DNA of 64,000 bases from Flavobacterium sp. Lineage in GTDB: Bacteria; Bacteroidota; Bacteroidia; Flavobacteriales; Flavobacteriaceae. The position numbers and the translations under genes are program-made. The notes below the pieces were generated by a model that was not told the origin of the DNA, made no database searches, and saw nothing but the letters and a program-made list of their open reading frames with translations. Positions 37,784-47,750 of the stretch are shown piece by piece. The DNA is taken from NCBI RefSeq assembly GCF_044357305.1, contig NZ_JBIKPS010000009.1:20032-84031 (forward strand), in the 5' to 3' direction. Numbering within the stretch: the stretch's first letter is position 1; the number at the start of each line of letters is the position of its first letter.

Positions 37784-38134
37784 ATGATACAACAAGCAGA
37801 AATTAAGATTAAACAAATAAGAGAGTTGAAAAATATTACACAAGAATATGTGGCTCAAAAGTTGGGCTTATCTACTCGGGCGTATAGTAAAATAGAATCG
37901 GGTGAAACGCAATTAACCATCAATAGGTTAAATGAAATTTCTGAGGCATTAGGTGTTGGTTCTATGGAAGTATTGGGTTTTGATGATAAACAGGTTTTTA
38001 ACAATTGCAAACAAGATGGGTATATTGGAATAAATCATATTAATATTCCAGATAAATTAATTCAGCAATACGAAGAAACTATTCAGTCTCTTAAAGAACA
38101 AATACAATTAATGAAATTGCTACAAGATAAATAA
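37784..38134 (+). CDS. XRE family HTH transcriptional regulator
   Basis: IKQIRELKNITQEYVAQKLGLSTRAYSKIESG HTH with a C-terminal coiled coil. Confidence 0.92.
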   Translation: MIQQAEIKIKQIRELKNITQEYVAQKLGLSTRAYSKIESGETQLTINRLNEISEALGVGSMEVLGFDDKQVFNNCKQDGYIGINHINIPDKLIQQYEETIQSLKEQIQLMKLLQDK

Positions 38135-38299
38135 TTTTTTAAGTTACTCTTACAGTGCCAAATATATTCCGTTACAGTAGGAATCTCATAAATAGAGTCA
38201 GTAAATCCTATTGTATTATCTGTTTTTTTTGTATAACTTTGGGATGTATTCGTTAACAGCTTGTTAGTGAAAACGGCAGGTAGTATTAAATTAAAAATA

Positions 38300-38542
38300 A
38301 TGGAAGCACAACAATTACAAACCGATAAGGTAAATATAATCAACTGGATTAATCAGTTACAAGATAATTCACTTATTGAGCAAATAAAATCCATGATGGT
38401 ATCTGATATTTGTTTGTTGTCCAATGAACAAAAAAACGCTATAGACGAAGCCTTAAAATCTATAGAAAAAGAAGGAACTACTCCGCACAATGCTGTAATG
38501 GAAGAAACTAAAAAACGTTTCCCTCACCTTTATAATAGATAA
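38300..38542 (+). CDS. Small protein resembling addiction-module antitoxins
   Basis: KVNIINWINQLQD..LIEQIK, LSNEQKNAIDEAL.SIE and PHNAVM pattern; TAACTTTG promoter at 38234-38241. Confidence 0.65.
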   Translation: MEAQQLQTDKVNIINWINQLQDNSLIEQIKSMMVSDICLLSNEQKNAIDEALKSIEKEGTTPHNAVMEETKKRFPHLYNR

Positions 38543-38548
38543 ATTCGG

Positions 38549-38608
38549 ATGGAGATTTCTTGGTCGAAACTAGCAAAAATCGATGCTAGAATAATTATCA
38601 AGATGTAG
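38549..38608 (+). pseudogene. Truncated RelE/ParE-like toxin stub
   Basis: MEISWSKLAKI resembles the start of RelE/ParE toxins (compare MTVIWTSIAKK at 52452); stops after 19 codons. Confidence 0.5.
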
Positions 38609-38623
38609 GTAAATTTACTTTAT

Positions 38624-38652
38624 AAAAAAAACTGGCAATTGCCAGTTTTTTT
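38624..38652. terminator. Bidirectional terminator
   Basis: aaaaaaaactggcaattgccagttttttt. Confidence 0.8.
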
Positions 38653-38677
38653 ATACTATTAATATTTTAATACTATT

Positions 38678-40195
38678 CTACAACAACGAATGTCTTGTCA
38701 TTACGTCTGGTTTTGCAACCCCCATTAATTCTAAAATAGTAGGAGCAATATCCCCAAGAACGCCATCGTGAATGGTTTTCAATTCTTTATCTACCAAAAT
38801 AATGGGCACAGGGTTGGTAGTATGCGCCGTATTTGGTGAACCATCTGGGTTAATCATCGTTTCGCAATTTCCGTGGTCGGCAATGATTATCGTGGTGTAA
38901 TTGTTTTCAAGAGCCGCCTCAACAACTTCTTTTACACAAGCATCTACCGCTTCGCAAGCTTTTATAGCAGCAGCCATTACGCCAGTATGTCCCACCATAT
39001 CGCCATTGGCAAAATTTAGGCATACAAAATCTACTTCTCCTTTTTTAAGTTCGGGAATTAAAGCATCTTTCAATTCAAAGGCGCTCATTTCGGGTTGTAA
39101 ATCGTAGGTGGCTACTTTTGGAGAATTGCGTAAAATTCTAGTTTCTCCCACAAACGGAATCTCTCTTCCGCCAGAAAAGAAAAACGTAACGTGAGGGTAT
39201 TTTTCGGTTTCGGCAATACGAATTTGGGTTTTACCCGCCTTTTCTAAAATCTCTCCTAGCGTTTCGGTAAGGTTGTCTTTGTCGTAAATTACATGAACGT
39301 TTTGGTACGTATCATCATAATTGGTCATGGTAACATAATACAAATTCATTTTGTGCATGTTGAATTCGTGCATATCTTTTTGCGAAAGCACTTCGGTCAA
39401 CTCCCGACCTCTATCCGTTCGGAAATTAAAGAAAATAACCACATCGTCTTCTTCTATTTTTGCTAATGGAACGCCATTGGCATCTACCATAACAATAGGT
39501 TGCAAGAATTCATCGGTTACATTTTCGGCATAACTTTTTTGGATGCTTTCTACAGCATTAATAGAGGGAGTTCCTTCATTTTCAACCAATACATCGTACG
39601 CCAATTTTACTCGTTCCCAACGTTTGTCCCGGTCCATAGCATAATAACGACCAATGATGGTAGCAATTTTTGCATTGGAACCTTTCATGTGGTTTTCCAA
39701 ATTGGCAATATCTTTCGCAGCCGATTTAGGGTCTACGTCGCGCCCATCGGTAAAGGCATGTACGAATACTTTTTGCAAACCAAAGTCTTTGGCAGCATCC
39801 AACAATCCGTACAAATGCGAAGTATGTGAGTGCACGCCGCCATTAGAAACTAATCCTAAAAAATGTACTTTTTTGTTGTGGTCTTTGGCATATTGAAACG
39901 CATCCAAAAGAGGCTTTTCTTGGTTCATGGTTTTATTTTGAACCGCCAAATTTATCTTAGCCAAATCTTGGTATACAATTCGTCCGGCACCCAAATTCAT
40001 GTGGCCTACTTCGGAATTTCCCATTTGTCCTTCGGGCAATCCAACATTTAAACCATCGGTTCTAAGTTGTGCGCTAGGGTATTTGGTATATAAACTATTT
40101 ATAAAAGGAATAGTAGCATTATCTATAGCAGATACTTTTGGATCGGGAGATTTCCCCCATCCGTCTAGAATCATTAAAATTACTTTCTTGTTCAT
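38678..40195 (-). CDS. gpmI: 2,3-bisphosphoglycerate-independent phosphoglycerate mutase
   Basis: ILDGWG, GQMGNSEVGH, GRYYAMDRD, AETEKYPH, DMVGHTG, ADHGN and HTTNPVP motifs. Confidence 0.97.
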   Translation of the reverse strand: MNKKVILMILDGWGKSPDPKVSAIDNATIPFINSLYTKYPSAQLRTDGLNVGLPEGQMGNSEVGHMNLGAGRIVYQDLAKINLAVQNKTMNQEKPLLDAFQYAKDHNKKVHFLGLVSNGGVHSHTSHLYGLLDAAKDFGLQKVFVHAFTDGRDVDPKSAAKDIANLENHMKGSNAKIATIIGRYYAMDRDKRWERVKLAYDVLVENEGTPSINAVESIQKSYAENVTDEFLQPIVMVDANGVPLAKIEEDDVVIFFNFRTDRGRELTEVLSQKDMHEFNMHKMNLYYVTMTNYDDTYQNVHVIYDKDNLTETLGEILEKAGKTQIRIAETEKYPHVTFFFSGGREIPFVGETRILRNSPKVATYDLQPEMSAFELKDALIPELKKGEVDFVCLNFANGDMVGHTGVMAAAIKACEAVDACVKEVVEAALENNYTTIIIADHGNCETMINPDGSPNTAHTTNPVPIILVDKELKTIHDGVLGDIAPTILELMGVAKPDVMTRHSLL

Positions 40196-40324
40196 GAGAT
40201 TTTATTTTTTACAAAGATACTCATTTGCAAAATCGCAACTTAAAAGAAGGGGTTAAATTTTAACTAAAAACAACGAAAACGTTTTAGTGTTTGTTAAGAA
40301 TTTACAAAGCTATTAGTTTTAGTA

Positions 40325-42745
40325 CTAATGTTTTATTCTATTGTAATCGATAAAATAACGAACACTAATGGAAAGCACATTGTTTAAACTATCGGCTCTA
40401 AATAAATTTTTGAAATTTTGTCCATAGTCTTGACTAAAATCTGCATCGGGATAATAAGAAGAACTATTTCGGTACAAAACAGAAATTTGGCTTCCGGGAG
40501 CAAACCACCAAGAATACGATAAATCGAGATTCCAAGAATTGTAATACCGATCTTGGTTGGTAGTATAGGTCGTGTTATCGGTTAAGGTGCCGTTTTCTTG
40601 TAGGGTCATGAATTTATTGTTCAAGGCATAACTCCAATAATGACGCACGGATAAATTGAAGTTCATTACATTATTTATAGAATATTTTCCTTGCAATGCG
40701 TTGCTGTAAGTGGTTCTATTTCTTCGAGCAAAAATAGTGTTGCTGCTATCGTCAAATGCTACCCAGCCCACATTATTGTTTTGGTAATTATACGAAAACG
40801 AATAACTCAAAGAAAATTTATCGCTAAAACGGTATCTAGGGGTAATAGATGCATTAAGGTTGTATCGGTTTTTTTCATTGATAATTGAAAATGAAGGATT
40901 AAAATCTAACGCAAATTTTCGGTTGTAATTGGTAGAAAGATAGAACCAAGGGTTTATGAATTCCGGTTGAACAACGTATTTCATTTCAAAATCGGATCTT
41001 GGTTCGTAAAAATCGGATGTTTTCAAAGGTCTCAAACTAAATCCGATTCCATAGTAGTCGTTTTTCTTATTGGTAGTATTTATATCTAAAGAAAAATTGG
41101 CGTTTTGTAATCGATCCGTTCGATTGTCAAATTCTACGTATTCATTTAAATTAAAGTAAAAACTGTTGAATCGTTTGGTTGGATTTAATATACGGTAACT
41201 TTGGTTGGTATAAATATTGTGGTAATGGGTTTGGTAATTGATTCCCAAATCGTTTGGATCATAATCTTTTGAATAGAATTCCGATCCTATGGAATATCTA
41301 AATTTGCCACTAGTTTCTGCAAGATTTAGAGACATTTCATGTCCTTTTTTATTTTCGGAAGTGCCAAAATCATTTACATAACTGTATTTGTAATCTCCTG
41401 AAACGTTGAAGGTGTTTTTTGTGGTATTCAAATCGAAAACCAACGCAGAAACATTAGCATCCCTAAATTCACCATTTCGGGTTACGTTAGTATTTACAAG
41501 GGAAACTGAGGAGTTTTTTCTAAAGCGTTGGTTCAAAACCAACACATTGTAATTTGCTAAAGGCTCAACCAATTCTTTTCGTTCTGCACCAGTAGCCGTG
41601 TTTTTTATTTCGGCAAATGTTTTATCGGTAACCGCATTTAACACTCCAATTCCCAAACCACTTTTAGTCCTTCCAGAAATTTTTAAAGCGTTTAAAAGGT
41701 TAACTGTTGCTGGGTTTTTGGTAAAAATTTCATCCGTTCCAAGATTTGCATAAGTAGATGGTCCGCCTCCAATTCGTCGGGAATAAAAAATGTTGCCTTT
41801 ACTAAATAGGTCGGTTCCTTCGGTAAAGAAAGGTCGGTTTTCACTAAATTGTTGCTCGAACGGACTTAAGTTCAGTACTATATTATCGTATGCTGTTTGG
41901 CCAAAATCGGGAACCATAATAGCATCTAATGTAAAAGCATCGTTAATGCCATATTTAATGTCCAATCCCCCTTTAAGTTTTCCAGTGGTTTGTTCTTTTG
42001 TGCTATTAACATAATAGGAAGCATAAGGAATTAAAAACAATCGGGTAGGGGTTTCTATGTTTTCGATACCATCTAAAATTCCGGCCTGAACGCTTTCATT
42101 ATTAATTTTATTATCAATTAAATTCCAGCTAAATTGCTGCCGATCGCGACTTACATCTCTAAAGAAATTCAATCCCCAAGTTTGTTTTTTATCCGAAGAA
42201 AACCGAACGGCAGCATACGGAATTTTCATTTCCACCACCCATCCATAACTCGTGATTTCTACATGACTATCCCAAATGGCATTCCAAGAGTAATCTTCTC
42301 CATTGGTACTGGTATAAATACAATCCAATTGTACTCCAGCTGCACTAACAATAAATCGCGATTCTTGTTGGCTGTCGTTATAACCATTAAGGAAAACCGC
42401 AAACATATCGGCGGTGGCCCAATCGTCTCTAGAAGTTAATTCTTTTCTGATTTTTGTTGGTTCATTATCGTATAAAATTGCTCCAATGTATATAGCATCA
42501 TTGTCATAAACAACTTTAACTTCCGTTTTGCGGTCTTTGGATTCGGGTTTGCCATTATCGGGCGAGGTCATGGTGAAATTGGTTGCAATCTCTGCATTTG
42601 CCCAAATCGGTTCGGTTAACTTTCCGTCTATAGCGATTTTTTCGGCACAAAATTTGGTATGTAATGTTTTCTTAGGAGTTTGGGAAAATCCAAAGAATCC
42701 TATTAATAAAAATATAAAACAAAGATTTAAAGATAATTTGTGCAT
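40325..42745 (-). CDS. DUF5916 protein (CBM9-like domain plus outer-membrane beta-barrel)
   Basis: IDGKLTEPIW, PDFGQ, ENRPFFTEG..F and FYSRRIGG motifs. Confidence 0.82.
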   Translation of the reverse strand: MHKLSLNLCFIFLLIGFFGFSQTPKKTLHTKFCAEKIAIDGKLTEPIWANAEIATNFTMTSPDNGKPESKDRKTEVKVVYDNDAIYIGAILYDNEPTKIRKELTSRDDWATADMFAVFLNGYNDSQQESRFIVSAAGVQLDCIYTSTNGEDYSWNAIWDSHVEITSYGWVVEMKIPYAAVRFSSDKKQTWGLNFFRDVSRDRQQFSWNLIDNKINNESVQAGILDGIENIETPTRLFLIPYASYYVNSTKEQTTGKLKGGLDIKYGINDAFTLDAIMVPDFGQTAYDNIVLNLSPFEQQFSENRPFFTEGTDLFSKGNIFYSRRIGGGPSTYANLGTDEIFTKNPATVNLLNALKISGRTKSGLGIGVLNAVTDKTFAEIKNTATGAERKELVEPLANYNVLVLNQRFRKNSSVSLVNTNVTRNGEFRDANVSALVFDLNTTKNTFNVSGDYKYSYVNDFGTSENKKGHEMSLNLAETSGKFRYSIGSEFYSKDYDPNDLGINYQTHYHNIYTNQSYRILNPTKRFNSFYFNLNEYVEFDNRTDRLQNANFSLDINTTNKKNDYYGIGFSLRPLKTSDFYEPRSDFEMKYVVQPEFINPWFYLSTNYNRKFALDFNPSFSIINEKNRYNLNASITPRYRFSDKFSLSYSFSYNYQNNNVGWVAFDDSSNTIFARRNRTTYSNALQGKYSINNVMNFNLSVRHYWSYALNNKFMTLQENGTLTDNTTYTTNQDRYYNSWNLDLSYSWWFAPGSQISVLYRNSSSYYPDADFSQDYGQNFKNLFRADSLNNVLSISVRYFIDYNRIKH

Positions 42746-43041
42746 AGTATAAATTTCAATCGGCGAAGTTAAAATGTCCTGTCGTACAATAGACTATAAA
42801 AATTGTTAATTGTTACAGTTTTATAATTTTTTTTCTGAACAAATCCCTTGTGATTAAACCCTTTTTAGGCAAATTAAGTAAATATAGAAATTTGAAAAAC
42901 AGCATAAGTATTTTTCTTTTTCTGTATTTTGTCGAATAATATAGCGCTTAATCGTTAAATATTATACAATTAACTTGACATCACTTTTTTGAGGTAGTAT
43001 CTTTGAAAAAAGCAAAAAATAATCTTAACCTACTTAATATT

Positions 43042-43743
43042 ATGAAATTAATTACATTTTTAGGTCTTACCTTATTAGGTCTCTTTTTTATTGTTCCAAA
43101 TTTTAAAAAAGAAATACATCCCAAGAAAATTGTTATGGCTTCTTCCTCCAAGAAGGTGGTTACGGTTTATAACACTTTGAATGCAAATCATTTTCAGCTT
43201 CCAAATATGGAAAGCTTCTCTCAAGCATTAAAAGGATTTTATTCTTTTAAAGACAAAGGATTCTTTCAAAAGGATTTTCTTACCATTATTGACTTTAGTT
43301 TGAGCTCTAGAGTGAAACGCCTTTGGATTATTGATATGGTTCAAAACAAAATAATATTGAATAGTTTAGTTGCACATGGCAAAAATTCGGGGGAAGATTA
43401 TGCGGATCAATTTTCTAACACTAACGAATCTAATAAAAGCAGTCTTGGTTTTTATGCAACAGGTGAAGTGTACCAAGGAAAACATGGGTTGTCTCTAAAA
43501 TTGGATGGTTTAGAAAAAGGGGTGAACGATAATGCTCGACAACGGGCTATTGTAATTCATGGAGCCGATTACGTTTCGGATAACTTTTTGAAAAATCACA
43601 GCCGATTAGGTAAAAGTCATGGCTGCCCTGCAGTGCCAATGGCATTAAGTAAAAAAATTATCGAAACTATAAAAAATAAATCGTGTTTGTTTATTTACCA
43701 TTCCTCCAAAAACAATAGTACAACTACTAAACTATTATCTTAA
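43042..43743 (+). CDS. Murein L,D-transpeptidase catalytic-domain protein (YkuD_2-like)
   Basis: IIDFSLSS..KRLW, VAHGKNSG, SSLGFY and IHGADY..LGKSHGCPA. The start may be 43003 or 43042. Confidence 0.85.
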   Translation: MKLITFLGLTLLGLFFIVPNFKKEIHPKKIVMASSSKKVVTVYNTLNANHFQLPNMESFSQALKGFYSFKDKGFFQKDFLTIIDFSLSSRVKRLWIIDMVQNKIILNSLVAHGKNSGEDYADQFSNTNESNKSSLGFYATGEVYQGKHGLSLKLDGLEKGVNDNARQRAIVIHGADYVSDNFLKNHSRLGKSHGCPAVPMALSKKIIETIKNKSCLFIYHSSKNNSTTTKLLS

Positions 43744-45435
43744 TTTATTATATAAATCGGCATCCAAACAATAAATATCTTCTCTGAAATTGAGCACGCC
43801 ATTGGACTCCCAGGCAGTCCAATATAATTGGTGTAAGCGAATATTTTCATTGACTTTAATCACAATGGTTTTTAGCTCGGGTTTTGGAAAGGTTTTCTTT
43901 TCTATAATTAAATCTGGATTTTTAGCTAAAAGTTTGGCGTTTTTTAAATCAATTTCCTGTTGTTTTTTTCTTTGCAGTTTGCGATAATAGGTAATATCCG
44001 TTGTGTCTTTTATTCTATGAAGCGGCCATTTGATGGTGTCGTTTAAAATATAGGCAGCCATTTCAAGTGGTTTTTCCAATCGAACGCAACCCGAACTTAA
44101 GGATCGGAAGGAATAGGAGAAAAAATCACGATGATTAGTGTCGTGCAAATACACCGAATAGTGGTTAGGAAAATTAATTTTCATCGATCCTAAAGAGTTG
44201 TTTTTACTTGGTTTCTGTACGTATTTATATTTGCCAGCATCTTCCATTTTCCAAGTCCATGGATTGATTTCGTTATTCTTTTGATCTAAAATAACCAATC
44301 CTTTTTTCCTAAAAGCACTTCGGTCTTTAATCGCATCGGGATAAATATCTTCTTTTAAAATGGTAGGTGGAACCGTCCAATTTGGGTTCAAGTTAATGTT
44401 GGATATTTTAGATTCTAATACGGGAGTTTTTCGGGTATCTCTTCCCACTACCACGCGTTGCGATTGCAGTGTATCCTTATTTTTTACTGCAACAATAGAA
44501 TAATCGGGAATGTTTATCAATAAATAATGTTCTCCAAAATCACTGGCAAACCATCTCCAACGTTCTAAGTTGGCAATTACTTGTTCTATTCGTTGGTTTC
44601 TACTAAAATTAAGGGCATCAATGGTGCTACGGCCAATTACGGCATCCGGTTTAAGTCCATGTCTGGCTTGGAAAATCTTAACCGCTTCTTGTGTTTTTTT
44701 AGTGTAAAGTAGAGATAAAATGGTGTCTTTTTCAGCCATGTCTCCCCAGTACATTAACCTTTTCTTAATTAATGGTAGGTATTTATTCTTCTTGTTTGGA
44801 ACTATTCGTTCTTTTAAATCAACAAGTTCGGTAAGGTTGTCTTCTGGAAATTGCTTTAAAATTTTTAAACTAGCTTTTAATCTTTGGTACATCCAATGCT
44901 TTGGTTTGCAATTTTCTATAGCAGTTTTTAAATTGTCATTGTCCAAACCATCCCCTAAAATGGCATTAATTGGGACTTTTTTTTCTTCCAAATCCCAATT
45001 AGCATACAATAATTTTGGATTTAGTTTCCCTTTGCTGAGGTGGTTGATGTAGCGTTGTGCACTTCGTGTAAGCAGAATGTCGTATTTTGTTAAGGAAGAA
45101 TCCGGCAAATTTTCTCGCTTCTCTTCTAAAGAATATAACTCTTTATAATTGTAGTCTTCTGGTTCCAAGCCTTCATTCTCGGCAGTGGCAATTTCTTGAA
45201 GGAATTGGTCTCGATCGGATTGAGAATTCCAAACCGTTTCAAATTGGTGCTTGCGGTAAAATTCAATGAGGTGTTCGTTCTTAGTATCAATGATTGTTGT
45301 TGAGTCGATACTTATTTTGCTTTTGGCAAATAAATGAAAATCAAGAAAGGAAGCTTCAGAAGTAGAACTGTTAGAGCTAGTTTTATTGCAGCTGGATAAA
45401 ATAACGATAAAGGATAATAGGTAGATTTTATTCAT
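43735..45435 (-). CDS. L,D-transpeptidase lipoprotein (YcbB/LdtD-like) with peptidoglycan-binding domain
   Basis: Lipobox LSSC; AVKIFQARHGL..D..IG; NLERWRW; YLHDT..SSGCVR catalytic motif. The ATG at 45435 overlaps the upstream stop. Confidence 0.9.
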   Translation of the reverse strand: MNKIYLLSFIVILSSCNKTSSNSSTSEASFLDFHLFAKSKISIDSTTIIDTKNEHLIEFYRKHQFETVWNSQSDRDQFLQEIATAENEGLEPEDYNYKELYSLEEKRENLPDSSLTKYDILLTRSAQRYINHLSKGKLNPKLLYANWDLEEKKVPINAILGDGLDNDNLKTAIENCKPKHWMYQRLKASLKILKQFPEDNLTELVDLKERIVPNKKNKYLPLIKKRLMYWGDMAEKDTILSLLYTKKTQEAVKIFQARHGLKPDAVIGRSTIDALNFSRNQRIEQVIANLERWRWFASDFGEHYLLINIPDYSIVAVKNKDTLQSQRVVVGRDTRKTPVLESKISNINLNPNWTVPPTILKEDIYPDAIKDRSAFRKKGLVILDQKNNEINPWTWKMEDAGKYKYVQKPSKNNSLGSMKINFPNHYSVYLHDTNHRDFFSYSFRSLSSGCVRLEKPLEMAAYILNDTIKWPLHRIKDTTDITYYRKLQRKKQQEIDLKNAKLLAKNPDLIIEKKTFPKPELKTIVIKVNENIRLHQLYWTAWESNGVLNFREDIYCLDADLYNKLR

Positions 45436-45880
45436 AAGGGTAATCAATTTCTTTTTTCATTAAATAATGAAGCCCGATATCTGTAATAGTGAAAGGGTCT
45501 CCAATTTTTTTATAATGTAATTTTTCGTAAAAAGAAACGGCATTTTCGCGTGCGTTAAACCAAATTAGATTGCCTTTTTGGTTTTGGATGAATTCTTCGC
45601 AGTGGTTCACTAATTTTTGACCAAAACCTCGTTTTTGAAATTTGGGTAGAATTGCCATTCCTCTTATCTGAAATTGATTTGGGGATATAAAAGTAGTATT
45701 TTTATTATTAAAAACAGAAACAACGCCAATTAATTTTTCGTCAATAAATAAGCCGAAATGTATAGTAGTTTCTAGGGTGTCACCATCAAACTGACAACTT
45801 TCTATTGGTTTTCCAGGTCTTAAAACTGGTTGGCGAACCAAAAAAGTCTCTATTGCACTGATATCTTTGATGATTTCCAT
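45428..45880 (-). CDS. GNAT N-acetyltransferase (YjcF/ElaA-like)
   Basis: RQPVLRPG, QIRGMA...QKRGFG and WFNARENAVSFY..Y motifs. Confidence 0.9.
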   Translation of the reverse strand: MEIIKDISAIETFLVRQPVLRPGKPIESCQFDGDTLETTIHFGLFIDEKLIGVVSVFNNKNTTFISPNQFQIRGMAILPKFQKRGFGQKLVNHCEEFIQNQKGNLIWFNARENAVSFYEKLHYKKIGDPFTITDIGLHYLMKKEIDYPYE

Positions 45881-46025
45881 GTTTTTTTTAATTTTAAATA
45901 ATTGGTAACAATTTAATAATAAAACTTTTACGAGGCAGTAAAGTTATAAAATATACTAGTTGCTTAAAAATCTTAAAAAAAATTTGCATCTAAAGAAACA
46001 AATCCATTATATTTGCACTCACAAT

Positions 46026-46098
<73 letters not shown>

Positions 46099-46102
46099 CT
46101 GC

Positions 46103-46134
46103 AAAAACCCGATTCGTTTGATTCGGGTTTTTTT
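46103..46134. terminator. Bidirectional terminator between tRNA-Gly and pepE
   Basis: aaaaacccga...tcgggttttttt. Confidence 0.7.
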
Positions 46135-46141
46135 ATTGTCT

Positions 46142-46843
46142 TTATTTTCCTAAATTAGTTTCGGGAAGTAACTCTATAGGAGCATTGTTTTGAGTAAACC
46201 ATCTAGCGGTTAACGTTCCTTTCAAAATTATTGCATTCCCTTTTACCTCCAGCCAACTGCCTTCGCGCAATCCTAAAACGGGAATATCGTTAAATGCATG
46301 AAATTCTTTAATTCGGGTTTCTCGAGTTTCTCCCATGTGCTTGCTTTGGGTATCGGCATCTAAATAATGCGGATTCAAATTAAACGGTATAGCGCCCAAG
46401 GTTGTAAAACTTGGTGGGTAAATAATAGGCATATCGTTAGTAGTTTGCATCGAAATTCCAGTGATATTACTACCTGCACTAGTCCCTAAATAAGGAGTTC
46501 CATTTGTAATAGCATTAGATAAAGCTTCCATGGTTTTGTTTTGATACAGCTGTGTTACCAATAAGAAGGTATTTCCGCCACCAGTAAAAATGCCTTCTGC
46601 GGTTGCAAGAGCTTCCGCTGGATTATCAAAAGTATGTAAACCGACTACTTTTTTATTAATTTTTGAAAATGCCTTTTGAACCGTTTCAGTATATTCATCA
46701 TGGGTAATTCCACCCGGACGTGCATACGGAACGAAAACAATAGTTTCGCAATTAGCAAAATGATTTTCTAAAACGGGCATTAAATAGTGTAAATAGTCTC
46801 CTCCATGAAGGGTGGAAGTACTTGCTATAATTAGGTTTTTCAT
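46142..46843 (-). CDS. pepE: Dipeptidase PepE (peptidase S51)
   Basis: FTGGGNTF, YLGTSAGSN, FNLNPHY and GETRETRIKEF motifs. Confidence 0.93.
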   Translation of the reverse strand: MKNLIIASTSTLHGGDYLHYLMPVLENHFANCETIVFVPYARPGGITHDEYTETVQKAFSKINKKVVGLHTFDNPAEALATAEGIFTGGGNTFLLVTQLYQNKTMEALSNAITNGTPYLGTSAGSNITGISMQTTNDMPIIYPPSFTTLGAIPFNLNPHYLDADTQSKHMGETRETRIKEFHAFNDIPVLGLREGSWLEVKGNAIILKGTLTARWFTQNNAPIELLPETNLGK

Positions 46844-46966
46844 TTGTTATTTAAATTTAAGGCAAATTTACAAATTAATAATTAACATAGATTTACAATT
46901 GTATTGGCCTTTTTTTTGGAATACTTTTGGATACTTTTGTCCAATAAATTAACAATTCCTTTTGTT

Positions 46967-47692
46967 TTGAAAATCATTAAATTTAACTTTCTTTTACTTT
47001 TTTTAGTAACTTTTGCTCAAGGGCAAACGGCTTCTATTTCTAAAATAATAAACGGAAAAGTAACATCAAGTTACAATGATTTAGAAAGTATTTATTTGAT
47101 AAACCTTAAAACAGAAAAATCTACTTTAACAGAAAAAGGAGGGTATTTTTCTATTCATGCTAATGTTGGCGATACTTTACTATTTTCTTCGGTTCAATTT
47201 AAAGCATTGAAAGTGGCATTAAAAGAAAGTGATTTCACAAGTAATCTTTTCTTTGTGAAAATGGAGCCCATAGTTAGGTTTTTAGATGAGGTAAAAATTA
47301 ACGAATTTAAAAATATTAATGCTGTTTCTTTGGGAATCATTTCTCCATTTACCAAACATTATACCCCTGCCGAACGAAAGTTATATACTGCAACTTCTGG
47401 GGGTGGAATAGATCCCATATTAAACTGGATGTCTGGACGGACTGCAATGCTTAAAAAAGAAAAAGAAGTCGAGAAAAAAGAAACCTTAATGGATAAAGTG
47501 GAAAGGTGGTACGAAACTAAATACTTTACCCAAACCTTAAAAATTCCAGAAGATTATGTAAAAGGATTTGAATATTATATAGTAGAAGACGCAAAATTTG
47601 CTCAAGCGGTAAAATCTAAAAACAAAACGATGGCAACTTTTATTATGAATGAATTAGCGGTGCGGTATAAAGGTCTTTTGCTAGAGAAATAA
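46967..47692 (+). CDS. Hypothetical exported protein with a carboxypeptidase-regulatory-like (Ig) domain
   Basis: INGKV..TLTEKGGYFSI..GDTLLFSSVQF and LDEVKI. Start uncertain (46904 or TTG 46967). Confidence 0.7.
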   Translation: MKIIKFNFLLLFLVTFAQGQTASISKIINGKVTSSYNDLESIYLINLKTEKSTLTEKGGYFSIHANVGDTLLFSSVQFKALKVALKESDFTSNLFFVKMEPIVRFLDEVKINEFKNINAVSLGIISPFTKHYTPAERKLYTATSGGGIDPILNWMSGRTAMLKKEKEVEKKETLMDKVERWYETKYFTQTLKIPEDYVKGFEYYIVEDAKFAQAVKSKNKTMATFIMNELAVRYKGLLLEK

Positions 47693-47750
47693 ATTTAAAC
47701 TATTTTTGGATTTCAAGATTAATAAAAATAAGCAGTAAAGTCCCATTAGA

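Noticed and set aside
37652-38343. ORFs 37652-37858 and 38083-38343 on the minus strand
   Set aside because: They overlap the XRE gene and promoter region and are AT-rich, with no recognisable features.
26275-38677. Prophage, IS or integron
   Set aside because: No transposase, tyrosine or serine recombinase, or phage genes; no clear terminal inverted repeats or attC-like sites were recognised.
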